Part shown: positions 1 to 11,866 of the stretch, piece after piece
Layout of the letters: each line of letters opens with the position of its first letter
Position numbering within the stretch: the stretch's first letter is position 1
Source of the DNA: Phoronis australis
Taxonomy: Eukaryota; Animalia; Phoronida
Assembly: GCA_002633005.1 (NCBI GenBank)
Contig: NMRA01000081.1
Location: forward strand, 1,008,353-1,072,352
DNA: 64,000 nucleotides
Direction of reading: 5' to 3'
Position numbers and translations under genes: made by a program
Notes under the pieces: model-generated
What the model was told of the DNA's origin: nothing
Database searches by the model: none
The model's input: only the letters and a program-made list of their open reading frames with translations

Positions 1-342
1 AGTTATGTCCATCTACTAAATTTTCTCAGCATGGAAATGGTTACTGAAATTCTCTGGTCACATTGTCCTGAAACGAAGTCCACTTACATGGCCCTATAGT
101 AAAGTTGCTCCTTCAGCAAATATCAGCTTGGATCCCACGGCGGCTCCGCGTTCACGTCTAACTGTTGACGGTGCAGCGCTCTGCCTTCAGGAGTCTCCTC
201 GTAGAACAGGTAAGCTGAGCCACCCTACAATGGGAGAGGCAAGTTAACAGTAATATTATCTAGAAGTTCTGAATGTGGCCGAGTATATTAAATATGATTT
301 AAGATACTCGTCAAGATGAACGAACATCAGAAAGTATAGAGA

Positions 343-585
343 AATCTCAGACCTATCCGACAGAGACAGGCACTTGGATATATATCTCAGAGCTATCCGG
401 CAGAGACAGGCACATGGACATATACCTCAGACCTATCCATTAGAGACAGGCACATGGACATGTATCTCAGAGCTATGTGGCAGAGACAGGCATATGGACA
501 TATATCTCATAGCTATACAGCAGAGACAGGCACATGGACATATATCTCAGAGCTATCCGGCTGAGACAGGCACATGGACATGTAT
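343..585. repeat. Minisatellite, 40-bp unit, about 6 copies
   Basis: Unit atatatctcagagctatccggcagagacaggcacatggac repeats directly; it explains ORFs 374..682 and 473..676. Confidence 0.95.
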
Positions 586-1335
586 CGCAGTTGGCCTTGT
601 ACTCCACATGCTTTTCCTGCAACTTACAACTCATTCCGGCAAAATAGTCAGGGTCATGTCCCTTAGTACTTTCCATAGATAGAGAAACACTTCAGAAGAG
701 TGAACCTGCTTTCGAATGCAAACAAATACAATACTGCAAAGACAATCATATAGACCCTAATTTTCCACAATAAACAATAATAGACAGAATCGGTCTTCTT
801 TCACAGTAAAAAACAAAATCAAACTGCATTTTATGTTTGCTAAAGCTGGTTGTTGTATTTTCGAAAACAAAAGATCACGAGTCTCTACAACTGCAACTTC
901 TTTCTGACAGGTTTTATTGCTCACAAACAAAAACCCCACATGAATAATTTGAAGCCACTGTGGACATCTGGGACCTCCTACTCTGATAAGAGTGAGTGCA
1001 CCACCAAAAGACTTGCCATGAACAATTGTAGAAACTTTATAGTGTCATATATCCCCTAGTGCAAGCAGCGTAAAAACGGCCAGTTGCAGGTTTGGGCAGC
1101 TGAACAAAGGACTGTTGAAAAAAGTTTGACTGCCGGAGTATATTTGTTCTAGCTGGGAAGAGTTTTAACACATGAACGGCCTCCTCAGGTACCCCCTCTA
1201 TGCGCAAAAGATACTTATATATGATTTTGATGGTTAAGTATGAAGCACAGTTCGTCAATAAGCTTTTGGCAGATGGAAAGCCTACGGGATGGCCACCGTC
1301 TGCACTGGGGCTGGCTGAGACGGTGGTACTGTCTA

Positions 1336-1931
1336 CCATGGAAGTAGACAGTGACCATAGTCTCTAGTTAAGCTACAGACGTTGAAGCTTCTAATACCAC
1401 TTCACACGCCAGAAGCTTTTTGGCGAATTATGCCTCATACTGACTAAAACATCAAGGTCATGTTGTTATAATAACCTTTTGCGCAAGAGGGACATCTTAG
1501 GAGGTCGTCAATGTTTTTAATTCCTTCCAACTCAAACAAATACTCCCGTTATCAAACTTTTTCTTCGAGCAGTCCCTCGCTCAGTTCCCAACTCATCATT
1601 TTTACACCGTGCATGCCAGGGGATGTGACGTCACACCACCTGCCAGGCGCAGTGTTAAAAATGGTGAGTTACCAATTTTGAAAACTGAACGAGGGACTGC
1701 TCGAAAAGTTTGATAACGAGAGTATTTCGTCGAGTTGGGAGGAATTAATTACATCAACAGCCTCCTAAGGCGTCCCTATATGTCCAAACGGTACCATAAC
1801 AACAAGACTTCGAATTTTTAATCAGTGTGAGGCATACATCACCGATAGGCTTCCGGCGTACAAAGCACCTATAGGAGCTACACCGTCTGTAGTTTAACTA
1901 GAGACAGTGGTCACTGTCACAGTCTCCATGG
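1336..1931. mobile_element. Foldback/MITE: about 600-bp imperfect palindrome
   Basis: Arms are reverse complements (gacagtgacca/tggtcactgtc, tctctagttaagctacagacg/cgtctgtagtttaactagaga, cgagcagtccctcg/cgagggactgctcg), centred on TGTGACGTCACA at 1624-1635. Confidence 0.85.
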
Positions 1932-4900
1932 GAGTGGAACTGGTGGTGGGGAGTTGAATTTGGTCCTCAATCCTCAGGAACAGAGGCACTTTCCCCCATG
2001 GGTAAGCGAGGGTCCTGAATTTGCCGGTCAGTTTAAAAATACCTAAAATCTTTGCATACGGTGAACGTGGATTGAACGTATCAGTAAGCCTCTACGACAC
2101 CCCAAAGAACAGCCACCCCCTCGCAGCCGTGCCGACGAGTGGACAGTACCAACGTCTCAACTGGCAGACGAACAGACGAGCACGCTGGATCGATTTTGTT
2201 TTACCAAAAATTCAAGCAAAATAAACGTTATTGTCGTGACTATGTTACCAAAACTGTAGGTTCCTGCCCGCTGTCTTGTCCTTTGTTTTCGGACGGAATG
2301 GTGAATGTGTTTAAGAGACCCAATCGACAAAAAACAGAACTTCTCCTTCTCGTCTCCTTGCTCTTGTCCTTTCGGCTACAATGTGTGGTCAATTTATTCG
2401 TGATGCTTAAGTGATTGTGCAACTCCGCATAATAGTTATCATAATTTAGAGTCCTTTTAACTCAGATAGCATAGTACAAAATTGATGAAAAATAGTATGC
2501 ATTTCCGCAAAAACCAAGATATTAAAGAAATGTCGACTTGTTCATAAGTATCTTCCTACAATTTATAGGATTATATTCTTACGCGCCAATCATTAGAAGT
2601 GATAAAGTATTCCAGAGAGGTCACTAGCGTACAATCTTGATCAACAAACGAACATCGCTAATTATGCAAGAAGACCGGAATCGCCAGTCATCATGAAAAA
2701 GTGTAGGTGGAAACAGAGAACGTAGAGGGTGCAAATGCGACCCAGTCTCTCCATAACTTTTTATACTCAAGACGTGGTGTGTGCCGGTCTGCCAGTATTA
2801 AATTATTTGGAGGATAAAACTGACTGAGTTGAGCTCTCTCAACCGGGCACGTAAATAGAAATCGCAATTTTTAAAACCTGCATTTCACAGCCCGGCGCTC
2901 ACGTATTCACCTGTCATGTGAAGGTGATGCTACATTACATCACCATACTAAGACTAGTTTTATTCCCCTTCGTTGAGAACTAGCTTCAGCCGTGACTTAG
3001 TGATGCTTTACTACTGAGATCATGGCCACTGGGAACCCGGCCCTCCAATAGCTCGAGGCATGGGATTTTTGATGACAAAATCGCTAAATACAAATTTTGG
3101 TTAATGGGAAACTGTCTGGAGGCTTTCAAGCTTTTTATTTAGATATGATCTGAAGAGAAAACAATTATTACAGGCCCTCACTATATGTGATCTAACCAGA
3201 GTCACCCTATTGATAACCGGCGTAGCCACCGCGGCGGGGGGGGGGGGGGGGGGGTGNNNNNNNNNNNNNNNNNNNNNNTGGGGAAGGGAAATCTGTATCC
3301 ACGGCAACGATGGCTCTCAGCTCTATGTTCCTGAGATAAGACGGAATTTACAATACCTAAAATGAGGATGTCGCGACGGTTGCTCGCAAACAACAGGAAT
3401 CAAATTCGGACGTAATGTGATCCATAACTATAATAGATTAAATTTCTCGCCATACCATGAATAACACGCTTACAATCACCGCCCTTGCTTCTGAGCGGCT
3501 TTCACCAGGATCAAAGAGAGTCACCGGCGGCGCCCGTGTCGGATGTTGACCGCATTGTCCTGCGCGAGCAAGACCCAATTAAGTGTAATTACCTGACAAT
3601 AAACTGTCGTAGGCATCACTGCCTGTACAAAATGGCGAATTTTCAAAATGCGTTAATAAATAATTGTTGTTAAAAACGAATACCACGATGGTATTCAGCT
3701 GGAAAAAACAACCAAGTAAGGTTTTGGATTTCGCAAAACTCGATGAAATTAAAAGCTAAAAACTACAAACATTGGGTACGATTGAAAATAAATGACCAAG
3801 CGCATCGATAAAATCTGGGGATTCCTACGCTTATCAGAGTTAACAATATATCACATGGATTCTTCTTTTGATATTCTTTCAATCTCGTTTAACCAGTTTT
3901 TTTACTAGGAAACAGTTGTATTTAACGTGTGCCCACTCTATATTTTTATGGCTGACAAAAAGCTAGAATAGTTATGTGGTTAGTGCAACAGAAATTGTCC
4001 AGAGATTCCAAATCTTCAGTTTGGCTGTCACCATTTGCACTTTTGTATATATTTTGTGATTTGTGTTCTAATAAAGATTAAACTTGAACTAATGACACTT
4101 GTGGTTTTTGTTCGCTGTAAAATGTTTAATGTAGCTGTAATCAGGAAAGTTCAGGGATGGGGTTCACAATTAGCTAAACTACTTAAGTTTCACTGGCGAT
4201 CAAATCTACTACTGTTTTTGGTTCTTCAAGTTTAAAAATAAAATAAAAAGATATCAACCCGTTCCTGGTAAAAAAAACAACACGAGTATTAAAATGAAAT
4301 AACAAAACCGGTATAAAACATATTTAAAACCATAGTTTCTTTGGGAAGTTGACCATGGTCAAGATAAACATATATTAACTTTTTTAGTCATTTTGTAATA
4401 TTCAAAATGTACCAAGTCAAAACTGCTCTTTACAGTTGCAGGCTGTAACTTTGTGCAAATGCCAGAGAAAACCAATTTGGGTGAACTAACAACCATTATT
4501 TTTGAGACAGTAGTGTTAGCTATTGCCTTTCGACTTCATTAGCTCAGATCTACGTCAACACAAAGGGCGAGCTGAATAGGAATAATAAAAGTTGTCTGTG
4601 GCTAAAAAAGGAATCTGAGCTGAGACCAGTTTAAGCGAGAAGTTCTCCACATGGCGTTAGGCCTACCTACTATCAAACTTTCAAATCGAGCTTTTTTAAC
4701 TGAGTGATTACACCTCATCACATACTCCGATGGAAATATTTAGTCAGGGAATGGCTTGACGTAATTTTTCATCTGATAGTATTTTTGTAAAAAGTTGCTT
4801 ACGTCGCTGGAAATGGGAACAGGGGGGCCCACTATTCCGGATACGCACACACGTGTACACGCATGCATGTCAATCCACCAATCCACAATCGAATTGGACA

Positions 4901-7649
4901 CTGGACGAAAAACATACCTGTGTTTGACGAGAACTTTCGATTCCAAATTTGAAAACGCCTGCCCTTTACAGCGGTACTATGCTAGCAAGCAATATCAGAT
5001 AACAAACCTATTTTCTGTTGTTTTGTTTCTTAGTCGATTTTAAGGCATTCACACCGCACGGTGACTTTTTGGGAGCTCTCTCGCTGCTGTATAACTTAGC
5101 TAGGTATAGACATTTACTTCTAGACTCCCTTCTTACCCTACGGTGTAAACCACCGTATGTTCAATGCCGATGAGTAACATAAAGCCTCCTCTAATCGTCT
5201 GCACGATTCTGTCATCTACTCAAATACCACTTGGGCGAAGTTGGCCGGGTACGGCCCGATGATTACGTGAAGCGCTTTGAATCAGTTATCATTGTAGTTA
5301 GTAGTACCAGTAGCTGCAACAATTTTGTTGTTGTCCATCTGTATCCTATCTTTAACGGACAGGCTGGGGCTGGACCTTTGGAAGTGTTTTCATTTATAAC
5401 ATCGCCAATCGTTGCCAGCATGGCCTACTAAGCAGGGATCTGTAATTCTTTCTTATCTGATTAAGGAAGAAGTTCAGATAACGCTTGTTGAGTAAAAGTG
5501 TTATTTTTGGCAAATAAAGTGGAAATACTCATTTCATGTTTAAACTTGCAATTTAATGAATATTAGTTTTTCATTGGTATGCTGTGTGATGTCATCAGGT
5601 CTAAATATTGATGACAATATAACAAAAGTTACACAAACACAACACTGAAGTTCTTTTGACAGGTTTTGAATGTTCTCATAGAGATGATTAGACTTTTCTG
5701 GCCTACGATATTTTTGCCTTTCTCTGCTCAGTACAGACCCACATAACAATACGCCAATGTATGTAAAGACAGACACCGACGAAAAGTGGCCCAGACACTG
5801 TCCATTTGCTTTGGCACAATAGCTTACAAATCACTGCCCAGCATTCGCTGTTTGAAAAGCAACCATGTTAGACAGTGAGGTAACATATGCATATGCGTCT
5901 TTTGCAGGTTGTCGACATCTCTAAATACAGTTGATACCGTTTAGCAACTTTTTATATAAACGTTCGGGATGGCCGGAATCTGAAAAATGCCGATTCTGTT
6001 TTTTTAGTAACCCTTTTCGTTTTAATCAATGTTTGAATTTTTCATGAAATTACTACAAGTCCCTGTTTTAGCTAGCCCTCCCATGCCAAAGTAGATCAGT
6101 CAGAAGACAATCTCTAAAAGCGTGATGGGGAACAGCGCATAAAGTACAAGATCTGAAAGTTTTTATTGGAATCCTATCAGCCATTTGCAAGATATGTTTT
6201 CAGCTTTACCAAGTTTAGATATTTGTCTAGGATCTCCCGTAACCTTAACCTGATGCTTGAACACTTTTGTTTTACTGCGCAGTGAATGATGTCGTATAAC
6301 TGTTGGTCTTCACATACGCCATATGTTGATCAAATCAGGTGTTGGCTAACGGGTTAGCAGAAAGTCCTGGGTTTAAACCTTGGTGGGGTAAGAGAGCATT
6401 TTAGATGTAACTATGTATCACCTGATGCCAACAAATTGACAGACTTCAACAGAAGTCTTCAAGACCGCCAAATTTGGATAAACTTCTTACCAGAATAATT
6501 TGTCAGTTTACGTAGTCGAACTTTTGTCAAAGTTGAATTTCGACATTGTGTCTAGTCCTTAATTTTTTATTTGTGACTGGTCTTGCGCATTAAGTTGTTT
6601 TTTGAGATTTAGCAAGAATTGGGTTGGTTTCTGTTGGAAAAGAAACAAAATTTTTTATTAGCCTTGTCAAATTACGACATTGTGTAGTTTATTTTGAAAA
6701 ATACTGTATGCCAGTCTTTGTACCTTTACAGAGTATGTTTTATGTCGTATTATAATTTGGTGGTATGTTGGAAAAAATAAAAACCTGTCCATGCAGATAT
6801 TGTTAAAGCAAAGCCACATTCATATTTTTAAATATTTTTAAAAACTATCCACCATTTTCGTTGTACCACCGTTTTCGTCGGTCCACCTGCACTAACATGG
6901 AGAACATGTAATTGTTTTCCGTGACCCCCTGAGCTTTCCAAAAAGAATGGACCCAACTCGAGGATTTCATTTTTGTCTATGAAAGTGTCTCATTAAAGGT
7001 ATTAAAATATTTTATAGAATTGAAAATGTGAAACCCCATACTGTTTTAAGTATTGGTTAAATTTGAAATTATGTAGAAGAGATTGCTGATGTGTTAGAGT
7101 CGTCTCAAGAACAGGAATTGCGTTTACAGTTTATTGTAATATGCGAGAGAAAGCTTGCTTCACCACTTAGTTTTTTTGTGAAATGAAAAGACATTGATTG
7201 CTAGTTTGCTTATTAAAGGGAACAGTATTTTGTTTTGAATTAATTTAGCATACAGCTTTGTACCAAGGCAAGGGCAACGGATGGTGTCCTACGTCCGCCC
7301 TCTTGGACGACACCTTTTTCGCAGAGTTTGAACAACTAGGTGCCATACAAAAAGGCATGGAGAATTTTTTACTACACTGGCAAACAGTAAATAATAAGAA
7401 TCGGTGATACAATTATAAAACGCAATGTAAACTCTATCCACCCAATGCCGCAATATGGAGCAGAAATATGTGATAAGCAGTCGATGCCCTGTCAACCACT
7501 GACATATCAGCCAATCAGAGACTGCTGTCAGCATTAGTGTTTTTACAATAAAATGTGAGTCAGTTTTGTTTGGAGCGCAACTCGGGCAAATGTGAGTTTT
7601 ATGTGTATGTTAGAACTGGTTTACTGCTGCATTATTTTTACTACAGTCA

Positions 7650-8997
7650 TCTTTTAAACTTGGCATTGGGTAAAAAATTAATCACCAATAATTTACAGGG
7701 ATAGAAAAAAATTGTTCATAATGTCTTGTAATCTTTCAGGGAATGCGTAATTCACAACAAAGGGTTTGTAAAGCGAAAATAGAATGGCCTGCTTCAACGT
7801 AGAATTCGGAAGAAAATAATTGTTAACGTTTTCAATAGTCTCAAGATAAGAAAAAAAGTTGTGCTTACAACATAATTTAACCAGCCAGAAAATGTTTGGT
7901 TCACCAAGTGACTTTGTAAAGCTAATAAACAATCATTCCAAGTGCAAGGGCGTGGCTTGCTTCAACTTGGAATTGGGTGGAAAACAATTGAGAATGCATT
8001 CAGAGGTGTTCCAAACGTAACAGAAAATGCATTTATGACATACTGTAACCGGTAAGAGAATATTTGCTACACCACACTATTTTTTGTAAAGAAGAAATTG
8101 AATTATTCCAAGTTTAAGCCAGGGCGTGGCTTGATTAAACTTGGAATTGGGTACAAAAAACTACGAAATGCATTCAGGGATGATTCAAAAGTAATAGAAA
8201 ATGCGTTTACAATATATTGGAACCAGTGAAAGAATGTTTGGTTAACCACGTGATTTTTTTGTAAGGCGGAAACTGAATTATTCCAAGTTTAAGCGAGCTA
8301 CGCCCTTGCTTAAACTTGGAATTGGGTAGAAAAAACTGCGAATGCGCTAAGAAGTGTTCCAAAATTTTTAGAAAATGCATTTAAAATGTCTTGCAACCAG
8401 TTACCGAATGTTTGGTTCACTATGGAATTTTTTGTCATGTAAAGCAGAAATTGGATTATTCCAAGTTAAAGCAAGGACGTATCTTGCTTAAACTTGGAAT
8501 TTACGGAGTTAAAAAACTGCGAATGCGCTCAGAAGTATTCTAAAGGTAATAGAAAAAAGCATTTAAAATGTATTTCAACCAGTCAGAGAATGGTTGGTTC
8601 GCCACGTGAGTTTTTGTGAAGCAGACATTGAGTTATTCCAAGTTGAAGCGAGCCACGCCCTTGCTTAAACATGGAATTGGGTAGAAAACAACTGCGAATG
8701 CATTCATAGGTGTTTCTAAAGTAATATAAAATGCATTTACGTTGTATTATAATCATTAAGAGAAGGGTTGGTTCACATCAGTAACGATTTCAGCCCACTC
8801 AAGCGCCTTGTTCTGTGATTGTGTGCCAGGCAGCCGCTTAATTCCAAGTTCACGCAAGATTCCAAGTTCACGGATGGGGTTTGGCAGTTTGCTTAATCTC
8901 AAGACCACTTGCTTGATCTTGGAATTCCAAGTTCACGCAACACTCACTTCGGCTTATTCTTGAGATTAAGCAGGATTCCAAGTTGAAGTACAACAGT
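7650..8997. repeat. Satellite-like array of about 175-bp units, each with an internal hairpin, ending in a cluster of TTCCAAGTT motifs
   Basis: TTCCAAG landmarks at about 7936, 8106, 8281, 8459, 8636 (period 170-178). Each unit contains TTCCAAGTTTAAGC-N~13-GCTTAAACTTGGAA. Degenerate copies lie upstream. Confidence 0.85.
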
Positions 8998-9561
8998 ACG
9001 ATAGTAATTGGCGTAATTATCTAATGTCAGGAGTAAAGGAAGGGATGATAGGTTTGTGTGGATCAGTGATACATATATTTAACATGTTCAAAACTTACTT
9101 GGCCGTTATATGGGGTCTTTAAGTTCCAATGTTTACTATTACTACTAGTAGTGATAATGAGGGTGCCGTAAGTTGATACTTATTAAACATAACAGCTGTC
9201 TGAGACCTGCTGTAGCTAGACACCAGGCAAGTTTTTCTCACGTTTCCTAAAAAGTGCACAAGGCACTTATCAAAAGTACCTAACAGTTTGCTGCATATGT
9301 TATAGATGAATAAGCATATTTAAGTTAAGTGTGAGTGTACAAACAGAAACTGCCACGATATTTAAATATTACTAAAACAACAGATGAAAACTGAAGATCT
9401 TGGGGTTTTAAAACATCCTTAACTATTAATATTTCCATCATTACTTACAGGCAATGGTGGCAGGTATCAACTAAATTTCCAAAATATTTAGCGCAGGAAA
9501 ACTATAAAACTAAGTGAACAATGACAGAAAATAAGAACTCGCAAATTCCATAGAACACATG

Positions 9562-9567
9562 TTTATT
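9562..9567 (-). terminator. Candidate polyadenylation signal (AATAAA) of ACSS2, implying a 3'UTR of about 2.1 kb
   Basis: tttatt on the plus strand downstream of the ACSS2 stop codon; the assignment is inference. Confidence 0.4.
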
Positions 9568-11666
9568 ATAAATCTACAATTACAAGATTTGTAAGTAACC
9601 TGATCCCTTGATTCCCACATGAGTTACAAATAACCTGGTCACAACATTTGATTATGCAGACAAATAATACTTACATCTAATTGTATAATTCAGGGAAACT
9701 AAGTTTAAAAAGAAAAAAGAATAACAATAACTGAGGTTGTCTGCCTAACATTAAAAACAAACCAAGAGCCAAGAGCAATTTTTATCAAATCAGAAATTAT
9801 TGGCTCTGTACTCTCACTTTTAAAGAAAAACTAATATAATGTAAGGCAGAACCTTATTGCAGGCAAAGGCATAAAAATTGAGGAGGCACTCCTGTTTCAC
9901 AGATCTTTTTGACTGACCCTGAGTCGCGAGACAGATGTCTCCCCTTTGCTACAGGCCTGACACTAGTCAAACAAAAAGACAAGTAGCCACATATTCTTTA
10001 GTGCTGGTGACAGGGTTGTGTTAATCATGGCTTGTCATGTAAAAATTAATGTGCTCTAAGATCAATGTCGAAAGGGTCTACCCCCTTCACTCAGGATTAC
10101 TTATCCACTGCCCCCATTTTACTTCCAACCATGGTTTCAGGAAGGTGGTCTAAAATCCGCAACAGCTTGGCCCAGCATGTGCATTCCGATGTTTAATGCT
10201 GGCTGTGGCTAAACTCTCGCAAACATTTATTCTGGCAGGTTTTTACATGTCAACATTGAGAGAGTGTAAAAAAATTGCCACCAGAAAATAGTTTCACACA
10301 AAAAGACATTACTTACTGTTATTACTTGCCTAAGTGCACAGGGTCACACCTGAGTAGTCAAGCTAGTAGCAACACATACTGCAGAGTAATCCCAACATTA
10401 TAAGGCAATGTGACAAACTATTGCACTATTGTTTCTTCAAACACGAAGTTATGGAAAATCTGTGCAAACCATTTTTACAAGTTTTGTCCTAGGGTTCATA
10501 TAACAGCTGCTTGCACCCAAGCATGGATATTTTGTCACATCTATTCTGCAAACTGAATCCGTTTTATGTTAATGCTTTGAACAACAATATTCGTACACAA
10601 TCAGAGGAATGCACCATGTGCCCAAATTAGCTACCGAGTGTCGGCGTGTCCAATTTCACAAGCAACACGCCAACAATACAAATTCACACTATCTGACTGT
10701 ATCCTCCACTCACAGAATTTGAACACAATGGAAGGCACAGCAGGTCCAATGCCACTGCATGTTTCAAGACAGTACAGTCAGTTCAAACCTGGCATAATGC
10801 CCAACCATGACCCAGAGGTCCAACAGCAGGGGTGTGTTTTAAATTACCTTACTCTAGCGATGTTGCAGGTGGGGTCTGGTCTTGACACCTGAACTCCCTC
10901 AAGATCAGCGTGTCTACTATAACTACTAAGCATTTGTTCATAACGTGGCTGTTTGAAGTTTCGACAATGATGCAAAATAATGACCTATGGAATGTCTTCA
11001 AGTCTATGAAGCAATTCACTTGTGTTGAGCCAGACCAGAAACCTTCAGTCAAAGGTACTGCAACACCCTTCCACAAAGCACTGTGAGTATACCCTTTGTG
11101 TATCTTGTACATGGTACAAACACGTTCATGGTATTCAAAGTAGAACAAGTAGCAACATTACATGGATGTTCTGAGAAAAAAGTCAAAGTTAGAACAAATA
11201 TCAATTCACTTCCCAAGCTCGCTCAAAACAAGTCACAGCAGTGATTGAAGTTGAATAAAGAGTGCTTCCACCATCTTTATAAGATGCCATAACAATGAAA
11301 CTATCCCCAACTAATTAAAAAATACATGGCACAGAATTACTTCCCCAGCTACTTAGCATTACAGTACCCTCAGAAAACATTACATCCAGATTGCAGTCTA
11401 GGTTCAAGTTTAAGCTTAATAGGGGAAATGACTTGGCTAAATATAGAATTAAGCAAAACTTGTTAATGACACTCACATGTAACCTGTACAATCTCATATT
11501 AAGTCAATTGTGTTACAAACAAAATCAAAGTTCAAAATCTAAGATTTCAGCCTGATAACACATTATCAAAATTTAGTGAAATCTATTTCAAAAAGAAAAA
11601 AATAATTTCACAAAATACATTAGACAGCTTTGCTCTAATGACATATTTCAAAGAATTTCAATTCCT

Positions 11667-11866
11667 CTACGCATCAGCAGGCCGCTTCTCGAACAGGACG
11701 TCAATAACACTGGAGTCAGCCATTGTGGATACGTCTCCAAGGTTACGGTCGCCGCGGGCAATCTTACGCAGGATGCGCCGCATGATTTTTCCTGAGCGTG
11801 TCTTGGGTAGGCCAGGAGCCTCCTGAATGAAGTCTGGTTGTGCAAATGGGCCAATCTTCTCACGCA
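11667..11866 (-). CDS. ACSS2: ACSS2 coding exon 15 (terminal)
   Basis: [31 protein letters not shown]...PADA, stop TAG. Confidence 0.95.

Larger units (their letters stand above)
88..3555 (-). other. Unidentified spliced transcription unit (putative exons 3474-3555, 2060-2160, 925-1152, 628-705, 88-224; continues beyond window start); frame interrupted only by TGA codons
   Basis: Canonical acceptors (tcgtctgccag, ctcttcccag, gcctctcccattgtag) and donors (gtaagc, gtatgc, gtgagc, gtaagt, gtaagt). Phases 1/0/0/0 are compatible. No homolog recognised, and exon choice is partly my inference. Confidence 0.35.

Noticed and set aside
180-200. TCC-TGA on the minus strand resembling the antizyme +1 frameshift site
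   Set aside because: Neither upstream nor downstream translation resembles ornithine decarboxylase antizyme.
374-682. ORFs of 102 aa (+) and 67 aa (-)
   Set aside because: Mostly translations of the 40-bp minisatellite.
117-2001. Alternative plus-strand exon chain 117-209, 911-991, 1978-2001, also phase-compatible and stop-free
   Set aside because: Short, with no recognisable product and no start or terminal exon found. It is kept as a caution that phase-compatible chains can arise by chance, which also applies to the minus-strand UGA model.
7930-8700. Regularly spaced palindromic repeats resembling a CRISPR array
   Set aside because: Intervening about 135-bp segments are homologous to each other rather than unique spacers, there are no cas genes, and the context is eukaryotic.
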